Of a DNA stretch of 35,823 nt, positions 28,273 to 35,823 are shown piece after piece. Location of the stretch: positions 1 to 35,823 of the forward strand of contig WRCW01000002.1 in NCBI GenBank assembly GCA_009783755.1, read 5' to 3'. The DNA is from Spirochaetaceae bacterium. GTDB lineage: Bacteria; Spirochaetota; Spirochaetia; CADAEX01. The position numbers and the translations under genes were made by a program. The notes under the pieces are model-generated. The model searched no databases. It saw nothing but the letters and a program-made list of their open reading frames with translations, and had not been told where the DNA came from. Positions within the stretch are counted from its first letter, which is position 1. Every line of letters begins with the position of its first letter.

Positions 28273-29241
28273 ATGAGTAATAGCATGAGTATAAATTTCA
28301 ATAATAAATCAGAATTTTTTAAAGGAGGATATTTCCTTATCAATCTTTCTGCTTTTGAAATTGAAAAAAAAATACTTGTTCCAGGTCATAGATTTCTCCC
28401 TTTTTTAAATCCCATGGTAATGCCCTGGAATATAAAAATAAAAACCAAAGATGGATCAATTCTCAGGAGAGTAACAGAAGAATCGCACCTTGGTGTTCTT
28501 AAACCACTATATTCCCTTTTTGGAGAGGAAAATATTTTATTTCTTCTTATTGATGATAAAGAAGATAATACTGAAGTTATTATTAAACACGAAGATCACT
28601 CTTCACACAACCTCTATTTTACTGCATACGATTTATCGCCATTATTTGAAAATAAAGAGACAAAACAAACAGTTCTTAATATTGCTCTCATTTTAAAAAT
28701 TGATGATTGGAAAAAAGGGCTATATACAGCATCTATAAAAATAGTTGATAAAAACAATGCTGATGCCGGCGAATGGATAAGCAGGCTTGAAAAAGGATTT
28801 AAAACAGTGCTCGCTGGCAAGAAAAAACTTTTGATGGTACCGGAAGTTATGAGCGATGCTTTTATGTACGGAGGAAAAGTATTGCTGGAAAATCCTGTTA
28901 TAAGCCTGGAAGATTTTTTTGAAATGTCTGATATCAACAGTATAGCAGATACAGTAATTGAACAAAAAGAAGACCCTGTATTAGTAGAAAAGAAAAATTA
29001 TATACGGGAAAAAACCATTTCGCTTATAAAAGTATTTACTTCATGGCTTGAAAATAATGATGAAGATAAAAAGATAAATCCTGAAGCTGTTAGAATTCTT
29101 GAACGACAGATACTTTTAACAAAAAAAACATTAATAGCAGTACTTGAAGAAATTCACAACCCTCTATTAACTGAAGAAATGATCAATACCATTATGCAAA
29201 TTATTACAGAATCGGAAAATTTGGTATCAAGAATTAAGTAG
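28273..29241 (+). CDS. Hypothetical protein, no recognisable domain
   Basis: 322-aa ORF with an AGAGG Shine-Dalgarno and coding-like composition. The C-terminal third is predicted helical (charged heptad-like). Confidence 0.5.
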   Translation: MSNSMSINFNNKSEFFKGGYFLINLSAFEIEKKILVPGHRFLPFLNPMVMPWNIKIKTKDGSILRRVTEESHLGVLKPLYSLFGEENILFLLIDDKEDNTEVIIKHEDHSSHNLYFTAYDLSPLFENKETKQTVLNIALILKIDDWKKGLYTASIKIVDKNNADAGEWISRLEKGFKTVLAGKKKLLMVPEVMSDAFMYGGKVLLENPVISLEDFFEMSDINSIADTVIEQKEDPVLVEKKNYIREKTISLIKVFTSWLENNDEDKKINPEAVRILERQILLTKKTLIAVLEEIHNPLLTEEMINTIMQIITESENLVSRIK

Positions 29242-29248
29242 ACAGCAG

Positions 29249-30466
29249 TTAATTGATAATATCACAATCAAGCGCGCTAAGCGCTATACCGCACATTGAA
29301 ATAATACTGCTTTTTAAAATATTATCATCAAAATCAAAAAGGCTGTTGTGCAGAGAAGGATGATCATACCCAAGACCAACTCTATAAAAAACACCGGGTC
29401 TCTTATCAAGATAAAAAGAAAAATCTTCTCCACCCATTGTAGGCACAGCAGAATCTGACCAGAAGTCCTCTCCAAAAAGATTTTTTATTACTTTGCCAAC
29501 AAAACTTACCTTGTCATTATTATTAACAGTCGGAATATAACGTGGATCAAATTCAAAAGTATAATCAGCATTATTTGCACTGCAAATACCTTTGACTATT
29601 TCTTCGATTCTGTTTCTGAAAAATTCCTGTTTTTCTTTTTTAAAATATCTTAGAGTTCCTTTCATTGCAACAGAATCCGGAATTGCATTATGAGAACTTC
29701 CCCCATTTAGAGAAGTTATTGTTATTACAACTGCATCTATTGGATCTGCATTTCTGGATACTATTGTCTGCAATGCTGTTACGATATAAGCTGCTGTAAC
29801 AATTGGATCTATAGCAAGATTAGGCATTGCAGCATGACCGCCCTTCCCTTTTATTTCAATTACAAAATCATTTATGGCAGCCATCATAGCTCCATTGCAT
29901 GTTTCAAAGTGCCCTGTTTTTACTCCCGGCCATCCATGAAGAGCATATACTTCATCAACCCGGGGATGATCATCCAGAATTCCTTTTTCTACAAGTACTT
30001 TTCCGCCACCACCACCCTCTTCTGCAGGCTGAAAAACAAATTTTATATTACCCTGAAAATATTCAGTAAGCTGTGAAAGAACAGTAATAGCGCCAAGCAA
30101 TATTGCTATGTGCCCATCATGTCCGCATAGATGAGCGCAACCCTTATTGCAGGACTTCCATTCCAGAGAAGTTTTTTCCTCAATACTAAGAGCATCTATA
30201 TCTGCGCGAAGAAGAACAGTCTTGCCATCTCCTTTTCCTTTTATAAAACCTACTGTATCTGTTTCTATATATGGTTTAGATATATTTAAATTCAATTTTC
30301 CAAGATAATTTCTTATAAAAGCTGCTGTTTCATATTCTTTGAATGCGATCTCTGGTTTTGAATGTAATTTCCTTCTTATTTGGATAATCTCATCTATAAT
30401 AGAACCAGCAAGATCATGAATTATTTTTTTGCTGATTTCCTTTTTTATTTTCCTGTTGTCCATCAA
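29249..30466 (-). CDS. M20 family amidohydrolase (N-acyl-L-amino acid amidohydrolase / hippurate hydrolase-like)
   Basis: IRRKLHSKPEIAFKEYETA, LRADIDAL, HLCGHDGH, FQPAEEGGGG and GKGGHAAMP are M20D-type motifs. Confidence 0.85.
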   Translation of the reverse strand: MMDNRKIKKEISKKIIHDLAGSIIDEIIQIRRKLHSKPEIAFKEYETAAFIRNYLGKLNLNISKPYIETDTVGFIKGKGDGKTVLLRADIDALSIEEKTSLEWKSCNKGCAHLCGHDGHIAILLGAITVLSQLTEYFQGNIKFVFQPAEEGGGGGKVLVEKGILDDHPRVDEVYALHGWPGVKTGHFETCNGAMMAAINDFVIEIKGKGGHAAMPNLAIDPIVTAAYIVTALQTIVSRNADPIDAVVITITSLNGGSSHNAIPDSVAMKGTLRYFKKEKQEFFRNRIEEIVKGICSANNADYTFEFDPRYIPTVNNNDKVSFVGKVIKNLFGEDFWSDSAVPTMGGEDFSFYLDKRPGVFYRVGLGYDHPSLHNSLFDFDDNILKSSIISMCGIALSALDCDIIN

Positions 30467-31034
30467 ACAACTCCTTTTTTATTTCATGCCAGCATGTTTC
30501 ACTGTCAATTTTTCCTTTTAAATAAAGTGTAAGAAGGCCGCGTGTTTTTTGAGGAAATCCTTTCCAGTACTCCTGCTGCCAATCCGGCAAAGTATCTCTA
30601 AGTTCCTGTTGTTCATCCAAAGACATCTCACCGTTACTAAACCGCAAAAACTGATCAATCATTTTAAGTACAACATCATTTGGAAGTTTTTTTTCTCTAT
30701 TTGCATTTTTATTTTTTCTTGATTCAGGATCCGGCGCCCATTCATCAAGAAGCACTTTAAGTTCATTGTCGCTTATTTCCGGAGCATGTTGTTTTATAAT
30801 ATTTTTTACAAAACCAGTCACAGTTTCCCTTATCTGTTCTCTTGAAGCTGAAAGCTGCCTTGAAACAGCTTCTCCGGTTGTATGGGCAAGATGATTAATA
30901 TCCACTCCTCGCGGACCATTATTTTTTTGTGTAAGTCGCCGTTTAAGCACCTCTTCTATTACATGGAGGTCTTTTTCATCAGCTTTGTTTAATATAAAGT
31001 CAGCTATATTATAAAGTTCTTTTTTATCTATCAC
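30414..31034 (-). CDS. Hypothetical protein (206 aa, helical, charged)
   Basis: Long ORF lying between the small Cys-rich ORF and the M20 gene on the same strand. Its 3' end overlaps the M20 start by 53 nt. Confidence 0.5.
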   Translation of the reverse strand: MIDKKELYNIADFILNKADEKDLHVIEEVLKRRLTQKNNGPRGVDINHLAHTTGEAVSRQLSASREQIRETVTGFVKNIIKQHAPEISDNELKVLLDEWAPDPESRKNKNANREKKLPNDVVLKMIDQFLRFSNGEMSLDEQQELRDTLPDWQQEYWKGFPQKTRGLLTLYLKGKIDSETCWHEIKKELFDGQQENKKGNQQKNNS

Positions 31035-31085
31035 GGTTTATTTATTAATCTCTATAAATTTTTTAATTGATCTATCGTATGTTTT

Positions 31086-31232
31086 TTATATATTTTGAGG
31101 GAAATAACAGGCAGGGAGCTCTTTTTGAGACCTGTGATAACTAAGACATTCGCAGCAGATCCCTTTCCTGCTACAACCAGAATAGCTGCAATTACATTTT
31201 TTGAGATTAGCAGATTCATTATTGCATCCCAT
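31086..31232 (-). CDS. Small cysteine-rich protein (48 aa), not in the supplied ORF track
   Basis: Hand translation gives [57 protein letters not shown] Shine-Dalgarno lies 3 nt (TT A) before the ATG region. The pattern C-x-C...C...CC-x-C...H...C resembles a conserved small Cys-rich family (I recall DUF6485, unverified). Confidence 0.6.
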   Translation of the reverse strand: MGCNNESANLKKCNCSYSGCSRKGICCECLSYHRSQKELPACYFPQNI

Positions 31233-31428
31233 AACTCTCTCCTGTTTATAATTTATCATTTAAATATTACTATATATTTTTATATAAAGCTACTATTTTA
31301 CAACTCCGAGTTCCATCAGGACAGGCTATGTGCTCCTGCCTGTGCATGGCATCCTGATAATTCGGAATCTGATCGTGGACAAACACGTTGAGTATCGCCA
31401 GCAGAGAGACAGAATTTTAAAAACATAT

Positions 31429-31456
31429 TTGACAATAAATGAGCATTATGTAATAT
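31429..31456 (+). promoter_or_regulatory. Candidate promoter TTGACA, 16 nt spacer, TAATAT, ending 7 nt before the ATG at 31464 (leaderless-type arrangement)
   Basis: TTGACA at 31429-31434 and TAATAT at 31451-31456. There is no Shine-Dalgarno between the -10 and the ATG. Confidence 0.4.
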
Positions 31457-31463
31457 TTATATC

Positions 31464-31691
31464 ATGTTTGAAAACACCTACTTATATCTTATTGACTCTT
31501 TAAACAAAGACAATGCAATAATTCTAAAAAAAGCCCTTGAAACAGTTCCTGGAGTAAAGAGCGTTGCTGTTTCACCTCTAAAAGGATTGGTTGAAATAAA
31601 AGCAAAAACCGATATGACTGACTCTCTAAAACTTGCCTGCTCTGTAGCGAAAGTGAAACTTAGAACAAAAGTCAATCGCGGAAAAATTTAA
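31464..31691 (+). CDS. Small hypothetical protein with a ferredoxin-like/HMA-like pattern but no CxxC metal site
   Basis: 75 aa. ALETVPGVKSVAVSPLKGLVEIK resembles the beta-alpha-beta-beta core of heavy-metal-associated domains, and the metal-binding cysteines are absent. Confidence 0.4.
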   Translation: MFENTYLYLIDSLNKDNAIILKKALETVPGVKSVAVSPLKGLVEIKAKTDMTDSLKLACSVAKVKLRTKVNRGKI

Positions 31692-31814
31692 TAAAATTCA
31701 TTAACTCCTACTCTCTATACTTTTCGCAAGAGTAAATCCATTGTGGTGTATATTTTTGGATGCATGGATGGATTCTGCTTTCCAGGGGAATAACACTGTT
31801 GTATAATTATTCTT

Positions 31815-32912
31815 ATGGTATTAAACGATTTTCATTGCCATTTCTATACCCATGACTCAGGCGCGGCAATGGATAGGATAATCACATGGGCTTCATCAAA
31901 AAATATTAAACAGATGAACTCCACCCCATCTATACAGGAAGCTCCATATTCCTGTGAATTGGAAAAACAAATGACCTGTTGCAAGGATTCCGAAGAACAA
32001 GGTAGTCCAGCGCAAAATATTTCTGTTGGAATGATACTTAATAATATTCGTGAAAAAAGCCTATGGGAAAATGGGACACTTTTTTCTTTATCCAGAAATA
32101 AGGAATATTTTAATGTAATACCTTTTATAGGGATCCATCCATGGGATACCGCAGAAGCAGATGAAGAAACAATAAACAGTCTCAAAGAAATATCTTCCAG
32201 AACAGGTGCGTTTATAGGAGAGTTTGGATTTGACAAACTCAAAGGAGCAGATAAAGAAAAACAACTTTATCTTTTTAAAAAATGCCTGGAGATTGCTTTA
32301 AAAAGCGAAAAGCCTTTTACAATACACTGTGTCCGCTCCTGGGGGCTTTTGGAAGAAGAGCTTCAAAAAGTAAAAAACAGGATCAAAGCTCCGTTTATTG
32401 TACATGCATATAATGGATCTGCAGAGGTTATGAAAACAATAACAGAGCTTGGGGGCTATCCCTCTTTTGGCCTTGAAAGATATGGGGCTTTTTCGCGAAA
32501 AGCAGCTGATTCAATTTTAAAAATAGATTTAAAATACCTTTTGTTTGAAACAGATTTTACCTGTTATTTAAAGCAACCCACCTCTTCTTTCAGATCAGAT
32601 GATGATGGAGAAAACAGCATAAATGTTGCACACGCATATCCAGTTATGCCATCTAAGGATTGTGAAAACAGAGAACACCCTGTCATGCCAGCTAATGATC
32701 GAGAAAACAGCAAACACCATGTCATACCAACGAAGGCCGGTATCTCGCTAAGCCATACAGAAGACAACTACTATGGAGAAAAATACTTAAAAAGACTATT
32801 TGCTGTCTATAATGAAGCAGCATCAATTTTAAAAATAGATATAACAGAACTAAGCGGAGCAATCGAAGAAAATGGAAAGATTTTCAAGGCTTATACAATT
32901 AATAGGAAATGA
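31815..32912 (+). CDS. TatD-family metal-dependent hydrolase carrying in-frame repeat-derived insertions
   Basis: DFHCHF, IGIHPW, GEFGFD, FTIHCVRSWG, VHAYNGS and LFETDF are the TatD metal-ligand blocks in the canonical order. About 60 extra residues after ETD are encoded by a degenerate tandem repeat. Confidence 0.75.
   Translation: MVLNDFHCHFYTHDSGAAMDRIITWASSKNIKQMNSTPSIQEAPYSCELEKQMTCCKDSEEQGSPAQNISVGMILNNIREKSLWENGTLFSLSRNKEYFNVIPFIGIHPWDTAEADEETINSLKEISSRTGAFIGEFGFDKLKGADKEKQLYLFKKCLEIALKSEKPFTIHCVRSWGLLEEELQKVKNRIKAPFIVHAYNGSAEVMKTITELGGYPSFGLERYGAFSRKAADSILKIDLKYLLFETDFTCYLKQPTSSFRSDDDGENSINVAHAYPVMPSKDCENREHPVMPANDRENSKHHVIPTKAGISLSHTEDNYYGEKYLKRLFAVYNEAASILKIDITELSGAIEENGKIFKAYTINRK
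32610..32760. repeat. Three degenerate tandem units (54, 39 and ~58 nt), each beginning GAAAACAG, inside the TatD-like ORF and in frame
   Basis: Units start at 32610, 32664 and 32703. They encode ENS..AYPVMPSKD / ENREHPVMPAND / ENSKHHVIPTKAGIS. The opposite strand reads DGITG / LAGMTG / IPAFVGMT. Confidence 0.75.
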
Positions 32913-33630
32913 AAAAATAAAAATTCTTGCAGAGAAAAAAGTCACAGTTGTAGGACTTGGCGCTGTAGGAGGATTTGCAGCAGAAGCTCTTGCCCGGTGC
33001 GGGACAGGTCATTTTACTCTCGTGGATTTTGATGTTATTGAAGTTTCAAATATAAACAGACATATAGGAGCACTTGACTCTACAGTTGGAAAACCCAAAG
33101 TCGATGTAATGGGAGAAAGAATAAAAGATATAAATCCATCCTGCATAGTAAGCAGAAAAAATATTTTTGCCCATAAAGATTCTTTTGATTCAATATTTGA
33201 AGAAAAGCCGGATATTGTAATAGATGCTATCGACTCTCTTTCGCCAAAAGCAGAATTACTGGCATATTGTGTTGCAAATAAAATAGCAATCATATCCTCT
33301 ATGGGCGCAGCGCTAAAGAGAGATCCATCTAAAATAAAAATAGCAGATATCTCAGAAACAGATGTCTGCCCTCTTGCCAAAAAATTAAGAAATTATTTAA
33401 AACAAAAAGGGATCACAGAAGGGATAACAGTAGTATATTCAACAGAGCCTCCAATAAAAACAGGACTGCTAGTACTTCAAAAAAACAACACTCAGGATCA
33501 GGAAGAAGAAAATGGATCTTCATATATTAGAGGAAGAAAGAGAAACATACTTGGGAGTTATCCAATAGTTACTGCAATGTTTGGGCTCTATGCAGCGCAT
33601 GCTGCAATCAAAACAATCATTGATGATTGA
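32872..33630 (+). CDS. tcdA: tRNA threonylcarbamoyladenosine dehydratase (ThiF/E1-like)
   Basis: RFSRLIQLIG...VTVVGLGAVGGFAAEALARCG...LVDFDVIEVSNINRH, with a length of 252 aa. Overlaps the TatD-like gene by 41 nt. Confidence 0.8.
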   Translation: MERFSRLIQLIGNEKIKILAEKKVTVVGLGAVGGFAAEALARCGTGHFTLVDFDVIEVSNINRHIGALDSTVGKPKVDVMGERIKDINPSCIVSRKNIFAHKDSFDSIFEEKPDIVIDAIDSLSPKAELLAYCVANKIAIISSMGAALKRDPSKIKIADISETDVCPLAKKLRNYLKQKGITEGITVVYSTEPPIKTGLLVLQKNNTQDQEEENGSSYIRGRKRNILGSYPIVTAMFGLYAAHAAIKTIIDD

Positions 33631-33778
33631 TCGTCCTTTCAACAAGGACAACAGCATCATGCATCGTGATTCTGCAACAGGGCTTTGTGTAAACAGGCAT
33701 TCGACTTATCGACTTTATACCAGTATCATCTATTCCAACAAAGCTGACTTAAAGTCACATGCGTCTCTAATGCAGATT

Positions 33779-35086
33779 TTATTCTTCTATGACTGTATAA
33801 ATAAGAGGAAGCTCGTCCGGCTCTTTATCTCCTATTTTATAGGCTGATTTAAAAACAGAAATCGAATCGTCCAGATTCTTTGTCTCATTTACATAAAAGA
33901 TAGCAAGTTCTTCCCCTGCTTTAACAAAATCACCATGTCTTTTGTTAAGCCATATACCTACAGCAGGATCAACTGTATCTTCTTTCTTTTCTCTTCCTGC
34001 CCCGAGCATCATTGCAGCAATCCCCACATTTTTTGTTTCAATCGCAGTTATATACCCTTTCTTATCTGACTTTACCCCTATTTTTTTTGCAGCTTGCGGG
34101 AGAAGTGAAATATCAGAAACAACATCAGGATTTCCATTTTGCATCTCTATCATTTTAGCAAGTTTAAAAAGAGCTTTTCCCGAGGCAATAGCATCTTCCA
34201 GTTTTTCGAATGCCTCACTTTCTGTAGCGCAAATATCGGATATCATAAGCATTCTTGAGGCAAGAGTAAAAGCGACCTGTTTTAAGTGCGATTCGTGTTT
34301 TCCCTGAAGAACTTCTATTGCTTCTCTAACTTCAAGAGCATTACCGACGCTAAAGCCCAGAGGCTGATTCATATCAGTAACAATACCTATAGTTTTTCGC
34401 CCTGCAAGTTTTCCTATTTCTACCATAACCTCCGCAAGCCTTACAGAATCACCTATTTTTTTCATAAAAGCGCCGTTACCTGTCTTTATATCAAGAACGA
34501 TTGCATTGCTTCCGGAAGCGATTTTTTTGCTCATTACACTTGATGCAATAAGGGAGATATTATCCACTGTTCCTGTAACATCGCGGAGCGCATAGAGTTT
34601 TTTATCTGCAGGGACAAGTTCTTTATCCTGCCCTATAAGTGAAAGTCCTGTTTCCGATACTATTTCTATAAATCTCTTCATCCCGATATTTACGCAAAAG
34701 CCGGGAATGGATTCAAGTTTATCAATAGTACCGCCTGTATGGCCAAGCCCCCTGCCTGACATTTTAGCAACTTTTCCGCCACACGCTGCTACAAGAGGAG
34801 CTACTATGAGAGTTGTCCCATCGCTTACCCCGCCTGTGGAGTGTTTATCTACTTTTATGCCCGGTATTTCTGAAAGGTCTATGACATCTCCTGAATGTGT
34901 CATCGAAAGAGTAAGGTCTGTTGTTTCGCGGGAATCCATCCCTTTAAACCAAATTGCCATTAGCAATGCAGTTGCCTGATAATCGGGAATTATTCCTTCA
35001 ACATACCCTTTGATAAAAAAATTGATTTCTTCGCACGATAGCGATTCGCCTTGTTTTTTTCTCTCTATAAGGTCAGTTATTAACAT
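33779..35086 (-). CDS. pdp: Pyrimidine-nucleoside phosphorylase (thymidine phosphorylase family)
   Basis: DKHSTGGVSD and VAKMSGRGLGHTGGTIDKLESIPGF. Lys in AKMSGRG is the PyNP-type residue (Met in E. coli DeoA-type enzymes). 435 aa. Confidence 0.85.
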   Translation of the reverse strand: MLITDLIERKKQGESLSCEEINFFIKGYVEGIIPDYQATALLMAIWFKGMDSRETTDLTLSMTHSGDVIDLSEIPGIKVDKHSTGGVSDGTTLIVAPLVAACGGKVAKMSGRGLGHTGGTIDKLESIPGFCVNIGMKRFIEIVSETGLSLIGQDKELVPADKKLYALRDVTGTVDNISLIASSVMSKKIASGSNAIVLDIKTGNGAFMKKIGDSVRLAEVMVEIGKLAGRKTIGIVTDMNQPLGFSVGNALEVREAIEVLQGKHESHLKQVAFTLASRMLMISDICATESEAFEKLEDAIASGKALFKLAKMIEMQNGNPDVVSDISLLPQAAKKIGVKSDKKGYITAIETKNVGIAAMMLGAGREKKEDTVDPAVGIWLNKRHGDFVKAGEELAIFYVNETKNLDDSISVFKSAYKIGDKEPDELPLIYTVIEE

Positions 35087-35146
35087 ACAAACATTTTAAA
35101 ACCATTATCAATCATTTTCAAGTCGGGCGAAGCTGTGCCCCGCAGA

Positions 35147-35623
35147 TTTATCAACCAACGAGCGAAGGTCGCGAATGATGCTTCTCAAACTTTTGCATGT
35201 ATCGTATAAACTTACGCACAAAGGTAAAACCTGTGTACAAATCTACGAGATACAGCTTCGCTTAACCGAGCAAGGTATGTCAACAAAGTTTATATACCTC
35301 GTATACCAACTTTACTTAACTTTTCCTGAATCTTTAAAAGAAGGGCAATTATGTCCTGTATTCCGCAGAACAGCAAAAGATGGAAGCTCCACGCATTTTA
35401 CATTAAAAACAGAACATGCGCGGGGGAATTTTTCATCCCAAGTCACTTTGAAATAAATACATTTAAAACAATCTGGAGGAGAATTAACTTTTTCCACTAA
35501 AGCAATAATAAAGGTTCTTCTCACGCAGGGCAAGCCTTGTGTGAGAAGAACCTTTGTTGCCCTGCCTCGCTCTGTCATGCAAAAGTACACTTTTGCGCGA
35601 CTCTCGCTCGTTGGGCAATAAAT
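35147..35623. repeat. Imperfect ~50-nt inverted repeats (35147-35200 and 35576-35623) bracketing ~375 bp of non-coding sequence
   Basis: Colinear matching blocks are ATTTAT / CCAACGAGCGA / GTCGCG / ACTTTTGCATG on the left arm versus the reverse complement of the right arm. Confidence 0.65.
35511..35554. repeat. Perfect 14-bp hairpin AAGGTTCTTCTCAC / GTGAGAAGAACCTT whose arm/loop junction carries CGCAGGGCAAGCC; second copy of the module behind fabG
   Basis: Read directly. Flanks CAATAATAAAGG (5') and CTTTG (3') are shared with 17234-17290. Confidence 0.7.
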
Positions 35624-35675
35624 GTTATTTTGCCAAAAAGCAAGCCCGCTAAAGAAGAACCCTTGTTGTCCTGCC
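35544..35675. repeat. 23-nt direct repeat AGAAGAACCYTTGTTGYCCTGCC (35544-35566 and 35653-35675, 21/23 identical)
   Basis: Read directly. The first copy overlaps the 3' arm of the 14-bp hairpin. Confidence 0.65.
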
Positions 35676-35698
35676 ATACGCAGTCAACAGAATATCTT

Positions 35699-35727
35699 TT
35701 GCTATTACCAGTAAAATATGATAAAAT
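35699..35727 (+). promoter_or_regulatory. Candidate promoter TTGCTA, 17 nt spacer, TAAAAT, ending 6 nt before the ATG at 35734 (leaderless-type arrangement)
   Basis: Hexamers at 35699-35704 and 35722-35727. No Shine-Dalgarno before the ATG. Confidence 0.4.
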
Positions 35728-35733
35728 TATCTC

Positions 35734-35823
35734 ATGAGTAAAACAGTAGAAGAAAATACCTCCAATATAGAAAAAGCATGGATCGTAGGAATTAATTTTT
35801 CCAGCAATAAAGCTCCCGGCGGA
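35734..35823 (+). CDS. 5' end of a gene running off the window (30 codons, MSKTVEENTSNIEKAWIVGINFSSNKAPGG); possibly a GTPase such as HflX
   Basis: Open frame to the window end. The EKAWIVGI pattern is reminiscent of HflX N-termini, but 30 residues are too few to assign a family. Confidence 0.3.
   Translation, partial: MSKTVEENTSNIEKAWIVGINFSSNKAPGG

Noticed and set aside
31095-31391. 98-aa plus-strand track ORF
   Set aside because: It has no ribosome-binding site and a low-complexity translation. It is antisense to a much better supported 48-aa Cys-rich gene with a strong Shine-Dalgarno.
32610-32760. Tandem repeats that could be mistaken for a mini CRISPR array
   Set aside because: The units are degenerate, directly abutting with no unique spacers, of unequal length, and stay in-frame inside a TatD ORF. 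No cas genes or leader are present.
33581-33847. 88-aa ORF between tcdA and pdp, and weak hairpins at 33633-33649 and 33745-33757
   Set aside because: The ORF overlaps the ends of both convergent genes and has no start signals. The hairpins are only 5-6 bp with no U tract, too weak to call terminators.
35175-35677. Track ORFs 35175..35456 (+) and 35312..35677 (-) in the long spacer
   Set aside because: They are mutually antisense, lack ribosome-binding sites, span repeat arms and hairpins, and have no recognisable motifs. They are most likely conceptual translations of repeat DNA.
1-35823. Search for tRNA, rRNA, tmRNA, RNase P, SRP RNA, transposase/integrase genes or prophage boundaries
   Set aside because: I could not recognise any conserved cores of these by eye (for example GGTTCGAATCC-type T-arms, or the RNase P GGAAAGTCC motif). 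All long ORFs have non-mobile functions. A covariance-model scan is needed for certainty.

Overview
AT-rich bacterial chromosomal segment, apparently from an anaerobe; the phylum cannot be assigned from the sequence alone. It is mostly housekeeping and accessory metabolism. I found no rRNA, tRNA, CRISPR array, transposase, integrase or recognisable defence gene. Gene content in order: htpG (partial), M29 aminopeptidase, a beta-barrel outer-membrane protein, a large cytoplasmic GAF/PAS hybrid histidine kinase, and a GT2-GtrA fusion with a polytopic membrane partner. A seven-gene minus-strand string follows: fused ECF ATPase, EcfT, ECF S component, RsbW-like kinase, sensory-type [FeFe]-hydrogenase-like protein, CNNM/CorC transporter and lactate permease. 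After that come fabD-fabG, a class III cyclase divergent from a DHH/DHHA2 phosphoesterase, a secreted protein with an M6 metalloprotease, and a DUF4105/Lnb-like membrane protein. The window ends with leuCD-like dehydratase subunits, two hypothetical proteins, an M20 amidohydrolase, a small Cys-rich ORF missing from the ORF track, a TatD-like hydrolase, tcdA, pyrimidine-nucleoside phosphorylase and a partial 3' gene. The most unusual signal is not a gene cluster. It is a set of small, GC-enriched, hairpin-forming dispersed repeats. They fill a 647-bp gene-free spacer (35087-35733), recur behind fabG with compensatory stem changes, and appear to sit in-frame inside at least two genes (TatD-like and DHH). 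An AT-rich hydrophobic insert with an internal lipobox lies inside the M6 protease. A hydrogenase-like sensor plus kinase pair and a cyclase/phosphoesterase pair are the best protein-level candidates for uncharacterised signalling modules. All family calls come from reading motifs by eye; no database search was possible.
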